In this document: in pieces, positions 1 to 11,147 of the stretch
Position numbering within the stretch: position 1 is the first letter of the stretch
How the letters are laid out: every line of letters begins with the position of its first letter
Source of the DNA: Heteronotia binoei
Lineage: Eukaryota
Length of the DNA: 64,000 nucleotides
Assembly: GCF_032191835.1 (NCBI RefSeq)
Contig: NC_083243.1
Coordinates: 178,994,001-179,058,000 of the forward strand
Direction of reading: 5' to 3'
The notes under the pieces: generated by a model
The model's input: the letters and a program-made list of their open reading frames with translations, nothing else
The model's database searches: none
What the model was told of the DNA's origin: nothing
Position numbers and translations under genes: made by a program

Positions 1-153
1 GACATGGACTGGCCATGAAGAGCAGGAGTGCAGGCTTCTCAATTTCTCAAGGTAGGCAGGGGCAAACATGGGAAGAGGGGGGCATCACAGACCAACATCC
101 AAATAGTTCAAAAACAAGTTATGCAAAACAGATCTTTAGTAAAAAAAAAAAAA

Positions 154-440
154 AAAGGTAAAGGTAAAGGTAAAGGTAGTCCCCTGTGCAAGCACCAGTC
201 GTTTTCGACTTGGGTGATGTTGCTTTCACAACATTTTCATGGCAGACTTTTTATGGGGTGGTTTGCCATTACCTTCCCCAGTCAAGCTGGGTACTCATTT
301 GACCGACCTCGGAGGGATGGAAGGCTGAGTCAACCTGGAGCCGGCTACCTGAACCAGCTTTCGCTGGGATTGAACTCAGGTCGTGAGCAGAGAGTTCAGA
401 CCACAGTACTGCAGCTTTACCACTCTGCCCCACGGGGCTC
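154..440 (-). mobile_element. Sauria SINE (Squam1 type)
   Basis: Minus strand reads a tRNA-like head (GAGCCCCGTGGGGCAGAGTGGTAAAGC), the body GGTTGACTCAGCCTTCCATCC and an (ACCTTT)n BovB-type tail (aaaggt x4 on plus); homologous to 57003-57335. Confidence 0.9.
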
Positions 441-445
441 TTATA

Positions 446-712
446 TACCGTTTTTTGCACACAGCTTACCTCGCAGTCACAATCCTGTTCCCTCCGCAGC
501 GTCCAGTCAGATTTCCCATCATCTGCGCCGGAGTTACAGGAAGTGACGCAGCTTCTGCTTAGCAAACGTAAACTGGGTTTTAGCGGTTTACGTTTGCTAC
601 GCAAAAGCCGCGGCACTTTCTGTAACTCTGGCGCAGATGGTGCGAAATCCGACCGGACGCTGCTGAGGGAACAGGATTGTGACTGCGAGGTAAGCTGTGT
701 GCGAAAACGGTA
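446..712. mobile_element. Fully palindromic MITE with 3-bp TSD (PIF/Harbinger-like)
   Basis: ~125-bp arms (TACCGTTTTTTGCACACAGCTTACCTCGCAG... / ...CTGCGAGGTAAGCTGTGTGCGAAAACGGTA); ATA on both flanks (443-445, 713-715). Confidence 0.8.
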
Positions 713-1385
713 ATAGTCTTTAGTACTTGACAATAAACATATTACAACTAACTAAAATACTCATCAGAACATACAGTCTACATATATTTTGCTAGGATTA
801 TTCAGCACTGAATACATTTCTTCTACTGGGTGCTCTGCTGATGAACACTTTAGCTGAGCCTTTTGCTGTTGTGGTGGTGGACTGGCGGTCTTTGGCCAGA
901 ACTCTTCAAAATGGTTCCACAGTTGCTTCACAGTCCCCTTGGCGGAAACAAAACAAACTTCTCCTTGATTGAACTGTAGGTTACTTTTTTTTAAAGAGCT
1001 ATTTTAGTGTGTCTAGATTGCTTAATCCAAGCAGCAAAAACTGCAGGACAAAATATAAACCTCTGCAAGTTTGGGACATATTTATCTGCCTTGTCCCCTG
1101 GATTTTCTCTGTCTCCAGATGACACAACCTCAAGGAACTCAATTAATTGCTTATAATTAGAAGCAACTGACTGTAAGGAAGCTACTCTACCAATCTACTT
1201 TGTGGAGTAAAATTGCCTCAGATTTAAGCCCAGATTTAAGTCAAGCAAGGAGTTTGGGTGAAGTTTTTACAAAGGAGACCAAGTCAGCTAGTTCACCCAG
1301 AATTGTTCTACATATGCCATTGTTTTCTGACAAACCTCACACCACCAAATTCACAGCACATGCCAAAGAGTGAACATATAGTGTT

Positions 1386-1543
1386 CAGGTCTCGGATTCA
1401 GCAGGAGCTCACAGGAGCACAGCTCCTGAACCTTTTTGAGAGTTCCACCTCCTCTTTCCCACCTTGTCCATTGAATAGTAGGTGCAGCTGCATAACAACC
1501 CTGGATGAGCTCCACCACCTATTTTTCTACAAAACGACCCCTG
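1386..1543. mobile_element. Short hAT-like MITE inside the transposase relic
   Basis: CAGGTCTCG...CGACCCCTG termini; near-identical copy at ~24274-24430; TSD not clean. Confidence 0.65.
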
Positions 1544-2221
1544 GTGCTCGTGGCAGCTCCTCCTGCGCTCCACAAAGATATCCAAAAATGTTTGATACTT
1601 TTAAAAATGTGACAGAGTACATCATTCAAAACAAAAAAAAAAGAATACTAGCTGTGGTGGTATCATTTTCATAAAAGCCAAAAAAAAAAAAAACCTTCAA
1701 AAGCATCTTCTCTAGCTATATAGAAGCAAAATGAAACTTGTTTCTTTCTGGTGATTATCTGTAGCTTCACCCACAATTATACCCATAGTAAGATGCTGCT
1801 TCAGTATCTTTCACTAATATATGCAGGACATTATGTGCCATGATCTCAGTCATCTCATTCACAATTGCAGGTAAAGTCCATTTGTAATTTGTATGATTCA
1901 GCCATAACTGTAAAACTGTTGGATTGAGTGACTCAGCAAGCCTGAACATGGGGGGGTGGCGGGGAAGTGACGACATCACTTTTTGAATAAGATGCCTCGC
2001 TTTGTCTGTACCTGGGAGCTGACCTCTGACCTCTCCCTCTCTCTCACTTTGTCCTTTCATCATTCTTCACATGGCCTTCTATGGAGCCATATGCCATTCG
2101 CTGAGCAACAGATGCTACAATATGCTTTGTTGGTTTCTACATCATAACACACCCATTCATGGATCCCCCCCCCCAAACCCCGCAAGTATCCTTGAACTAT
2201 TGCTCTGACTTTCTTTTCACA

Positions 2222-2788
2222 CAGGGCCGGCGTGTGGGAGAAGGCTAAGTAGGCAGCCACCAAGGCACCCCCGCTCCTCATGCCCTAAGCCTGCTGCTTT
2301 CCTCAAGACTTAGGAAGCCTTGGCAAAGTCGGGGGGGGGTCCTGACAGCGAGCACATTCAGATCCTGTCTCTGAGCATGCCCGCTGTCTTTCTGACTTCG
2401 CTGAGGCTTTCTGAGGCTTGGGAAGCCTCAGTAAAGTCAGGGGGCACGGCAGCGAGCACGCTCAGAGCCCGGCTCTGAGCACAGCCACTGCCTTCCTGAC
2501 CTTGCCCGGCCCTCTCCCGCTTCAGAGGGAGTTGAGAAGAGGTCTTGTTTCCAGCTCTCTTTGTAGCTGGAAATCACAGGAGAGGGCCAGGCATGGGGTG
2601 GGCCGAGTGTTTGAGCTTCGCACGCCCCAATGATGTCACTTCTGTTTGCGCACAAATAGAACACAGCCTGCTTTGGTGGGGAGGGCAGGATATAAATCTG
2701 AGAAAAAAATAAATAAAATAAACACTTGGGGTGGGGGCAGGGGCGCAGGGTTCGGCCTGGGGCGCGAGAACCCCCAGCACCGGGCCTG
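2222..2788. mobile_element. Non-autonomous hAT element
   Basis: TIRs CAGGGCCGGCG / CACCGGGCCTG; 8-bp flanks TTTTCACA / CTTTCACA (7/8 match). Confidence 0.8.
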
Positions 2789-3634
2789 CTTTCACATCAG
2801 GAGCGCTAAACTTTGAACACTTCTTCTCATTGGTTAACTTGCGGCCATCCAAAAATTCTACTGGGGCAAAGGGGGCAAATGCGTAATTGCAGCCCTTAGA
2901 TTTTTTAAGGCTAAATCCCTCTGCCAACTAACATTTGGTGCCTCAATCAATATCACTACAAATTGCAAAAAAAAATTGGAGCGTGTTCAATCGTAAATTT
3001 TAAGAACAGTCCAGAGCTTCAGAATTCTTAGCAATGGTATGAAGCTCTGCCCTCTTTGAAAATCATATAATGGCACTGTAAAGCTTGAAGAAGCTTTAAA
3101 GTGAAACAGGGCATCACATACAACCCTGTTGTGTTCCATATGTGCCTTGCTGCACTGGATTGCTTCATTCCTTGATTGTGAAAGAAGAATTGGAGCCTTG
3201 GACTCTGTTTAAGAATCGACCTTTGCTATAGCCTGGACCTTTCTTTTTGGAGTATTTGGCATTAATTTGCCACTTGTGAGACTTTGGGGTGTGGGCATGG
3301 TCAGCAGTCTTCCTTTGTTTATGTGATTAAATTCGCCTTATATTTTGGAATTCTGTTCTATATTTATAAACCACTGACAAGTTTTGTATTATATTTGAGT
3401 CTGGTTCTTCGCAGAGGTATATTTACCTTTCTTTCCCCTGCTCCATTTCCCGTGTTGCTCTATTTGGTTCCCTTAATCTCCAGGTGAGGGCTGGAGATCA
3501 CTCAGAATTACAACTGCTCTCCAGATGGCAGAGATCAGCTCCCCTGGAGAAAATGACTGCTTTGCAGAGCTGTGTCATATCCTGCTGAGATTGCTTCCAT
3601 CCTGCTTGGTCCCCACTGTGGAGAAAGGCTGTAG

Positions 3635-4183
3635 CTTTTCTAGGTAGAGGCTGCAGGGACGGGGGAGGAGATGGGAAGCTGAAGTCAGATCAATTCCCCT
3701 ACAGAAAACAGCCACCTTGAGGTGCATACTCTATGGTATACCATAACACAACCATGTCAGGCTGAAAAAAAACAGATCACACCACAAGCTCATGCAGATG
3801 CTAAATGCCACAAGGTTGACTATGATAGGAAAAGGTGGCAACAATGCACTGCAAGCCAAAGAAATGCTCAGCTTCAGCATCTGTGTGACAGTCATCATGC
3901 CCCCCCCACGTCCCCCATAATCTCCATTCTGGGCCTGTTTCAGGACTTTGAGCCACCAGAGACACCCACACACATGTGAGGGGAGAAACCAGCATCTTTT
4001 TCAGTTGTGGGGTGTATGGGAAGACAGCAAGGGTGGGTGGGTAGGAAGACACCAAGAGTGGGGGAGTGAATGCCTTCACTTGGATAGGTGGGTGGTTGGG
4101 AAGACAGCAAGGGTGGGGACACTTGCTTAGAGCCCCTTTCTAGAATCTATTGCATTTTTCTTCACAACAGGCCTTATTCTTAG
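3635..4183 (+). mobile_element. Non-autonomous Helitron-like element (degenerate 3' end)
   Basis: Shares internal blocks and the terminus (TTTTTCTTCACAACAGGCCTTATTCTTAGT) with 5869-6312; 5' boundary unresolved. Confidence 0.5.
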
Positions 4184-4825
4184 TAGGAAATAAGATACTA
4201 CATGATATATGAAACCGAAACTTCAGCAACAGAATTTGAAATTGGAACAACAAATATGAAATTTCTTATTCTCTCTCTCTGAGGTCTTCTTGAGACCTCT
4301 CTTAAACTCTCCTGCAGTCTGGCTGGCTTTCTGCAGTGCTGCTCTGTTAAACATATCTTATTCTTTTGAAGTACCAAGGATTGGCTGACAATTATGAATC
4401 CGTCTCACGCAAGGTTGCTAGGTATTGTTATCTGGTAATTAAAAAGCGTAGATCATACTGTAAGTTGAGTTATTAGTGAAGGATTAGTTCGGTCCGGAAT
4501 TTTAGGAATTATGGCTGTAACTGTCTATTGCTATGTTCTTATACTGTATTATCTTATATTATTTTGTATGCTGGTCTTATGACTGTTTTTAATAAACTTT
4601 GCTTTACAGTGCTGCTCTGCACAGCCTGGAACTTTGCTTTAGGCTCCTCACCAGGCTACTTTGTTTGCTCCATAAAACACTCCTTTTCTTCAAGTGACTT
4701 CTGCCTCCCTTCTTTTCAGAAAGCCCCTTTTCCTGCCTCAACAATTTCACCGGTCAGACACCTCTTCCAGCATCTTCCCAGAGCCAAAATACCTTTCCCT
4801 CCTCCCCAAACTCCAATTTTGGAGA

Positions 4826-5099
4826 CCCAGTTTGGTGTAGTGGTTAAGTGTGTGGTCACACAGATGGGAGAACCAGGTTTGATTCCCCACTCCTCCACTT
4901 GCACCTGCTGGAATGGCCTTGGGTTAGCCATAGCTCTGAAGTTGTCCTTGAAAGAGCAGCTGCTGTGAGAGTCCTCTCAGCCCCACCCACCTCACAGGGT
5001 GTCTGCTGTGGAGAAGGAAGATAAAGGAGATTGTGAGCTGCTCTGAGACTCTGAGATTCAGAGTGGAGGATGGGATATAAATCCAATTTCTTCTTCTTC
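4826..5099 (+). mobile_element. tRNA-derived SINE, Squam3 (MIR/Ther1-derived) type
   Basis: Head CAGTTTGGTGTAGTGGTTAAG...GGTTTGATTCCCCAC (A/B boxes), core CCCACCTCACAGGGTG, (CTT)n tail; many paralogs in the window. Confidence 0.85.
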
Positions 5100-5348
5100 A
5101 ATAGCAAACCCAATGCCTTTTAGAGCCTTATCAGGTTGTTGTGTTGGGTAGCATGGTTAAGACTTAAGCACTTTGTATTCCCAAGTAAAAAGAATGACTC
5201 ATCTGCCCTTGAACCCAAACAAACTGTAGAAATCATTATTGTATTTAACAATAGGAAAAAAAAATACCTGGGGCAATATGCCAAACAAAAGAAAAGTCTT
5301 AATATTTATCCCATATAAGTCAATTCTTGGCAAGTTACAAGTGCATTA

Positions 5349-5507
5349 CCAACCCTAAATCAGACTTTTCCCTGCAGCCACTGTGGCCGGACCTGCCTGT
5401 CCCGCATTGGTCTTGTCAGCCACCAGCGAGCCTGCAGCAGACGTGGACTATTGCACCCTTCTTAAATCTTAGTTCGCGAAGCCAAGCCAAGAGAGAGAGA
5501 GAGAGAG
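5349..5507 (+). mobile_element. RTE-clade LINE, 5'-truncated 3' end
   Basis: Encodes FPCSHCGRTCLSRIGLVSHQRAC (C2H2 end of ORF); (GA)n tail; 12-bp TSD ACAAGTGCATTA (5337-5348, 5508-5519). Confidence 0.9.
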
Positions 5508-5868
5508 ACAAGTGCATTATAATCATTAAACAAGAGGGAGAGTGTCACAGACTAAAAATGCCATCCTCTAGTTGAGACCTAAGCACATCTGGACCTGTCT
5601 GTGTTACCTCATGTTATCTCTATCCATTTCATATCTATTTTCTTAGGAACTGTGTGATTGCTGTATGAATTATTTACCTTGTTTGAATGTGTGATCTCTT
5701 AATAAATATCTTTTAGTTTACTCGAAATCTCCTCATTATTTAAAGATAAATTCTTGGGAGACCACCTCTTGTATACAAAGGTTTTGATCCTGCTTACGTG
5801 AGCCATAATTGCCCACCATTTAAATTCCCCAACCTCTCATTGAGGGCAATTTGGCTTACAAGACTGTC

Positions 5869-6312
5869 CTTTTCCTATGTAGAGGCTGCAGGGAGGGGGG
5901 AGGCAATGGAAAGCTGAAGTAAGAGGGGCAGATAAAGGGAAAGAAATAGGTTGCCAACTCCAGGTTAGAGGCGGATAAAGGGAAGGAGATAGATTGCCAA
6001 CTCCATGTTGGGGAATTCCTGGAGATTTAAGGAGTGGAGCCTGGAGAGGGTGGGGTTTGAAGAGGAGTGGGATCTCAGACAGGTTACATGCCATTTTCCC
6101 CTGGGGAACCACTGTTGTGAATCTCCAGGTGGGGGCTGGAGATCACTCAGAATTACAACTGCAGATGGCAGAGATCAGCTCTCCACGAGGTGGGAAGGAA
6201 GTGAATGCCTTCACTTGGGTGGGTGGGAAGACAGCAAGGGTGGGGGGTCACTCACCCAGAACCTCTTTCTAGAGCCCATTGTATTTTTCTTCACAACGGG
6301 CCTTATTCCTAG
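5869..6312 (+). mobile_element. Non-autonomous Helitron-like element carrying a MITE fragment
   Basis: Subterminal hairpin GCCCATTGT (6274-6282) / ACAACGGGC (6293-6301), then CTAG (6309-6312) followed by T; internal GGTTGCCAACTCC MITE piece; 5' boundary approximate. Confidence 0.6.
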
Positions 6313-6578
6313 TAATAGTATAAACACACACTTAAGACAATGCATTTAACTCAAAATAAATGTTAGACATTGTAAAAAAAAATCAACCAGGGGACAGTAC
6401 AGCACTGCACCTAGCAATGAAGGCAAGAGAATATGCACAGGCTAGGGGAGAGATACATGCTTGCTCCCTAAGAACTGCATGACACAATCAACAATGTATC
6501 ATTATTCCATGGAGACAAAAGGCCAGTGTCCAGAGGGCAAGGGCTTGTGGTCTAATCATTTCATCTCTGTAATTTCAG

Positions 6579-6673
6579 ACAAGCAAAGGCACATTTCTGT
6601 GGCTTGGAAGAGTGCTGACTAATGCCCTGCATGCCTCAGGAAAATGCCTGAAACGCCTCTCCAAGCTTGGCAG
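6579..6673 (+). CDS. Candidate exon of an unidentified host gene
   Basis: Acceptor TCTCTGTAATTTCAG; open phase-0 frame TSKGTFLWLGRVLTNALHASGKCLKRLSKLG; weak donor CAG|GTTTAC. No homology recognised. Confidence 0.2.
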
Positions 6674-6761
6674 GTTTACCATTCATTCCCAACTTCTTCA
6701 GTTTCCACCCCACACAGACACACACCCTGCCACTGTCCCCTAACTCTTTGCCCTTAAAAAG

Positions 6762-6854
6762 AAGACAGTCCTTGAGACAAGCAATCTTTGTTTCTATAAA
6801 AGCTTTTGAAGACAAGGAAAAGGCTAAAATAATGAGGCATATAATTGCACTCCT
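6762..6854 (+). CDS. Candidate exon of an unidentified host gene
   Basis: CTAAC branch point then AG; frame RQSLRQAIFVSIKAFEDKEKAKIMRHIIAL; strong donor CCT|GTAAGT; phase-compatible with neighbouring candidates. Confidence 0.3.
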
Positions 6855-7939
6855 GTAAGTAAGCAAACAGTAGTTGGTTTTAAGCTCTTCCAGAGCAGAA
6901 AGGTCATGGAATTCCATCTCAAAGGGGATGGTGAGAGCAAAGAAGGGCCGGGAGCATGTTCATCATGGCACTGAGGGTTAGTCTATTCAAGACAGCAGCC
7001 TTAGCGTCTTGTCTCACCATTATCTACAACTTGTCTCACCATTATCTAGGAGTGAAAGACGAATGGACGTCAATAAGAGTTTAATCCTCATCAGGCATAA
7101 AAATGAAAGAAAAAAAACCCTATCACCTCCACTGCGTATTTGCTTTAAATTAGTACCCCACCAGCTAGATTAATATGCAGAATGCACAATGGACAGACAA
7201 AACAATTGATGTGGTTGTATGTGGATGAATTTAAGCCCAGTTTTATCTGAAATGGGAAGAGGCTTATAGGATGTCCTTGTTGACAGGTTTTTCTTGACCA
7301 GGGATAGACAAATGTTTCATTCATTTATTAGTTTGTCAGTTTTTTTCCATTTGTCTTCCTATTTGCACACAGCCCTGTAGCTATGATAATACAATTTGTG
7401 TTTTGAAACGTTTTTCTTTTTGGTGACTTCAAATTTTGGCCATCATCACCTGGAACACAAGATGGTCTTTTATTCATTTTGTTTGTGGTTTTTTTCCTGC
7501 GTTAAAATTACATGCAAATTTTATACATTAGCTGTACACATATGGTACAAATAAATGAGATCCTCCTATCAACAGCTGTAGACTGCAAAATGGCCTGTTG
7601 TGCACTACATGGTGCCTTAGTATTCATACATATACACTTACGCTAGAGAGAAGATAGAACCACATCTGGAGAGATTTGACATGTACAGTATTAAAGGGAT
7701 AGGCTGATACATGAAGAATAATCTAAAACTGGTCAAAAGGAGGTATAGAGATTCATTAAATCCATTTATTAACAATTAAGATTACAATGCTAGTAATTCC
7801 TATGAGTCAGAAGTAACATTTAAAAAGGCATTCCCCAAAGGCAAAAGAAGGACAAAACAGGGACAAAGGACCATACAATCAAGACTTCCCTTGCTAGGTA
7901 AGAAATATTAGTGTGTATAGGTAAAGCCACCAAGAATCC

Positions 7940-8672
7940 GGCCTCTATACCGCCGCGCCGCGTCAGCGGCTATAGGCGGGGAGGCCGCCGTTGCTCCCTG
8001 GGAGGAGGGAGAGACGGAGTAGCTTTCCCGGGCATCCGGGATTTGAGGGGGCGGAGCGACAGAGCTATTAAGCCTGGACTCCGCCCCTGAGCACGCACCT
8101 GTTTTGCGGCTCTCGGCCCGCCCACCCGCCCTTCAGCAGTACAGGTTTAACCGGTCGCCTGTTTTTGGGGCCAGGTAGGAATTTTTTCACGCTCACCTGA
8201 TTGGCTGTTGGTGAGGTGTTTTTCGCCTACCTTGTACTGCTTGTTAGTGGGGGATAGTTGGTTAAGTGGATGCAGTAGGAGCAAGGGGTTACGGAAACAC
8301 AGGGGAGCACCCAGGGCACTGCACCTGTTTGGTGCAAGCGATCGGCAGGAGTGGCAGATGGGCTCTACGGCTCAATGTTGCAGAATGCCGATTGTGTGAT
8401 CCCTTCCCACAAGATCGGCTCTTCCTGGGTGATTATGCCAGTGTGGGGTAGGAGGATCCGGCCTGGCTGGCCTGATATGAGCCAAATACGTGGTTCATGT
8501 CGGGGGCAGGGTGGCTCACTCAGATTTGGGCAAGGAGGGGTCATGGGATGACCCCAGGGCTTGTCCGGTTTCTGGTAACCCTTGCCATGCTTGCTTTAGT
8601 TGTTTATTTCAATAAAGGGCCCATTTTTACCAAACTCATGTTGTCAGTCTCTTCTTTCCGACCTTTGGGGGC
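7940..8672 (+). mobile_element. ~730-bp LTR-like element, probable DIRS/Ngaro (tyrosine recombinase) family repeat
   Basis: GC-rich island in AT-rich DNA; homologous to 61042-61796 (CCCGCCCTTC..GCAGTACAGG..GGTCGCCTGTTT..GGTAGGAATTTTT); AATAAA ~45 bp from the end; no TG..CA termini; GGC at both junctions. Confidence 0.6.
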
Positions 8673-9487
8673 AACAAGAAATAAATAGCAGTAGGAAATG
8701 AAATTACTCCACCAACATTACTACTTTACCAAATGTTACTAATACCAACAGTTCTGAATAGATTTTATGCATAACATGTAATGATATAACGGGTAAAATA
8801 TGACTTAGTTTTTTTAGCTAACACATTTTCATCCAAGATAATAGTATGATTACGTGGCACTGGGCATTATACTTTCTAATGTTGTGTGTTTTTTTTTCAA
8901 ATAACTCCACTTTTTTGTTTGGAAATGGAGTAACCTGGATCTGGAAGCCATTCTGAAAAGCTAGATGACACCAAGTGCCTTTTATTAGTATGGCCTTCAT
9001 CATATTTTATAATCTTGGTTGCCAAAGCCCAGTGTCATTCTGAAGTGTATGAACAAACAAGTGAAAGAGGAAGGGAGGACAGGCAGACTTCTCAGCAAGT
9101 GATGCAGGCCAAGTGAGGTAATCTATCTCCCTCAGTTCTGGGAGACAGCAATAACCTGCCATTGACAACGAGATCCTGTATTATTTGAAATATCCCCATG
9201 TTTCACTAGGCAGATGAAATAGGGATGATTGGTTTATTCCTTTGGGCTTCAAGCACACAATAGGAGGGCAATTCTACTATTTCACAAATTAGACATATTT
9301 TCAGCCTTAGTCTGTCTGTTGCCTCAGCTCCAATCCAAGTGCTGAATTTATGGGGGGGGGGGGGGGGGAGATGCCTGCACTTAGCTCTTATGATATAGGA
9401 AAATAAGGATTCTAGGAAATACTTTTGTAAAGAGCTACCTCTCAAAACAGTACTGTTTACTCTCCCCTTCTCATTTTCCTGTTCCAG

Positions 9488-9535
9488 AGCACATGCATGG
9501 TCCACTCTTCTCCACAGCCACAATGCTGCTTTACG
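9488..9535 (+). CDS. Candidate 48-bp symmetric exon
   Basis: Strong polypyrimidine acceptor CTCCCCTTCTCATTTTCCTGTTCCAG; donor ACG|GTATGC; all three frames open. Confidence 0.35.
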
Positions 9536-10302
9536 GTATGCGAGTGCTATTTCCTCAACCAGAAAGGTCAAATCTATGTTGCATTAACTCTAATGGTTTC
9601 CCCCCAAGAATCCTGGGAATCGTAGCCTGGCAAGGCTGCTGAGACATCTTTGTATGATATTCCCAGACCCTCTCAAGAAACAAGTGCTGTTAGGAGTTCC
9701 AATGAAGCATCAAACCAGTTTAAGCTTGTGTGCTGGTATGGCCACAGCCTGAGCCCTGGTGTGTTATGGGGCCAAGCCAGACACTATACACATCAATGAC
9801 AGTGCTTTGCTACCATTACTACGAACAAGAAAGATCACTGCTAGTTGTCACTGCTGCCTATCCTGGCTTTCAGAATCCAGATTAGACAGTTGCAGTGTGG
9901 CAGGTGGATCAAAATAAAATTGGCTATTGATTGGGAAAAGATTGAGATCAAACTGATTAGGTCAAGAGAGGCAGATGGGGTTTCTTGCAGGGCAGTGTGG
10001 AAGCTACTGCAGTAGTGTGAAATATGGGTGTTGTGTTGCTACAGCCGTTACTGAAAAAGGCAGTAAAATTGCAATTATGGTAAAAAGCTGGAACAGGAGT
10101 TAGAACAGGAGATAGGTCACATCTATGCTAGTGCGCAACTCCTCATTGATTAGCAGTATGTACTAAGATTGTTCCTAAGGATCAATCCATACTTACTGCT
10201 CATCCACTGGACCCTTTTTGTGAATCCACTGGAGTTAGAAATTACGATGGATACAACTTTCCACACAGTTTTTAAAAAATAGTACTTAAAAATTATTAAG
10301 GG

Positions 10303-10585
10303 GAGGCCCATAGCCAGACAATTTTGGGTGGAGGGGCCCCCGAGGTAAGAAATTTGGTGGGGAACCACAGGGCCAGATGGAGGGCTTCTTGCACGGAGGG
10401 CTTCTCTTGAGGCCGTGGCGGTGGGCGAGCGGGTGGTGTGCTGGGGGGGGGTTGCAAAGGGAAGGGAAGGGAAGGGGTGAGTGGTGGCAGGCCGGTGGAG
10501 GAGGCACTGAGTGGAGGGGCCCTACAGGGGGAAGGGGGGTTTAATAAAGGGGTCGTGCCCCCCCCCCCCCGTGGCTATGGGTATG
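10303..10585. mobile_element. hAT-like MITE
   Basis: Inverted termini CCCATAGCCA / TGGCTATGGG around a GC-rich body; no clear TSD. Confidence 0.45.
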
Positions 10586-11147
10586 GAGACCAACCCCTTC
10601 TAATTCAGTAGCCATATTTCACAAGAAACTTGTTTCAACATTTTAAATGTTATTCACTTAGATGGCTGATTAAATTAGGAAAGCAGCACTTCTTGGTATT
10701 GTTTCCAGAAGACCAGGGTCTCTTAAGTCATGATCCTGAGGCAACAGAAAGAGGTTTCAACAAATGTAGAGTTTAACAATTAGATTCTTTTTTCTGCATA
10801 GACTTACATCCCCCACTGAACTAATGTTTTCCCACTTTACTATAAATCCTGGAGTGGATTCTCATGCAGTTAACCTGGGGCACTATGAAATACTGGTCTG
10901 TGACCTGAAATACTTGTGACCTGAAGCAGGGTGATGCGATTATCCCTGAAATGATGTTTTGATGTTTCTTTCATCACATGGACAAAGAAATGGGAGATGT
11001 TTGAGAGTATTTCAACAAAGCCTGAGTTGAAACTATGATTGCTTCCTTTGGTGCTAATGGTTGTTCAATTAAACGAATCAAGTCAAAATATTGCTTGACG
11101 ACCCTTCTATTGCTTGGGATGGGGAGCTACCAGGGATGTCTGGATGG

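Larger units (their letters stand above)
780..2990 (-). pseudogene. Decayed hAT (ZMYM1-like) transposase, interrupted by two younger insertions
   Basis: Collinear minus-strand motifs: EWVCYDVETNKAYCSIC (TTF-type Zn finger-like), KWTLPAIVNEMTEIMAHNVL, IIVGEATD (cf. DETTD), QVSFCFY..FFGFYE, YVHSLACAVNLVV (cf. HCxAHxLNL), SLQSVASNYKQLIEFLE. Stops and frameshifts throughout; outer limits approximate. Confidence 0.8.

Noticed and set aside
28-733. Overlapping 172-aa and 154-aa ORFs
   Set aside because: They read through a Sauria SINE and a palindromic MITE; compositional artefacts.
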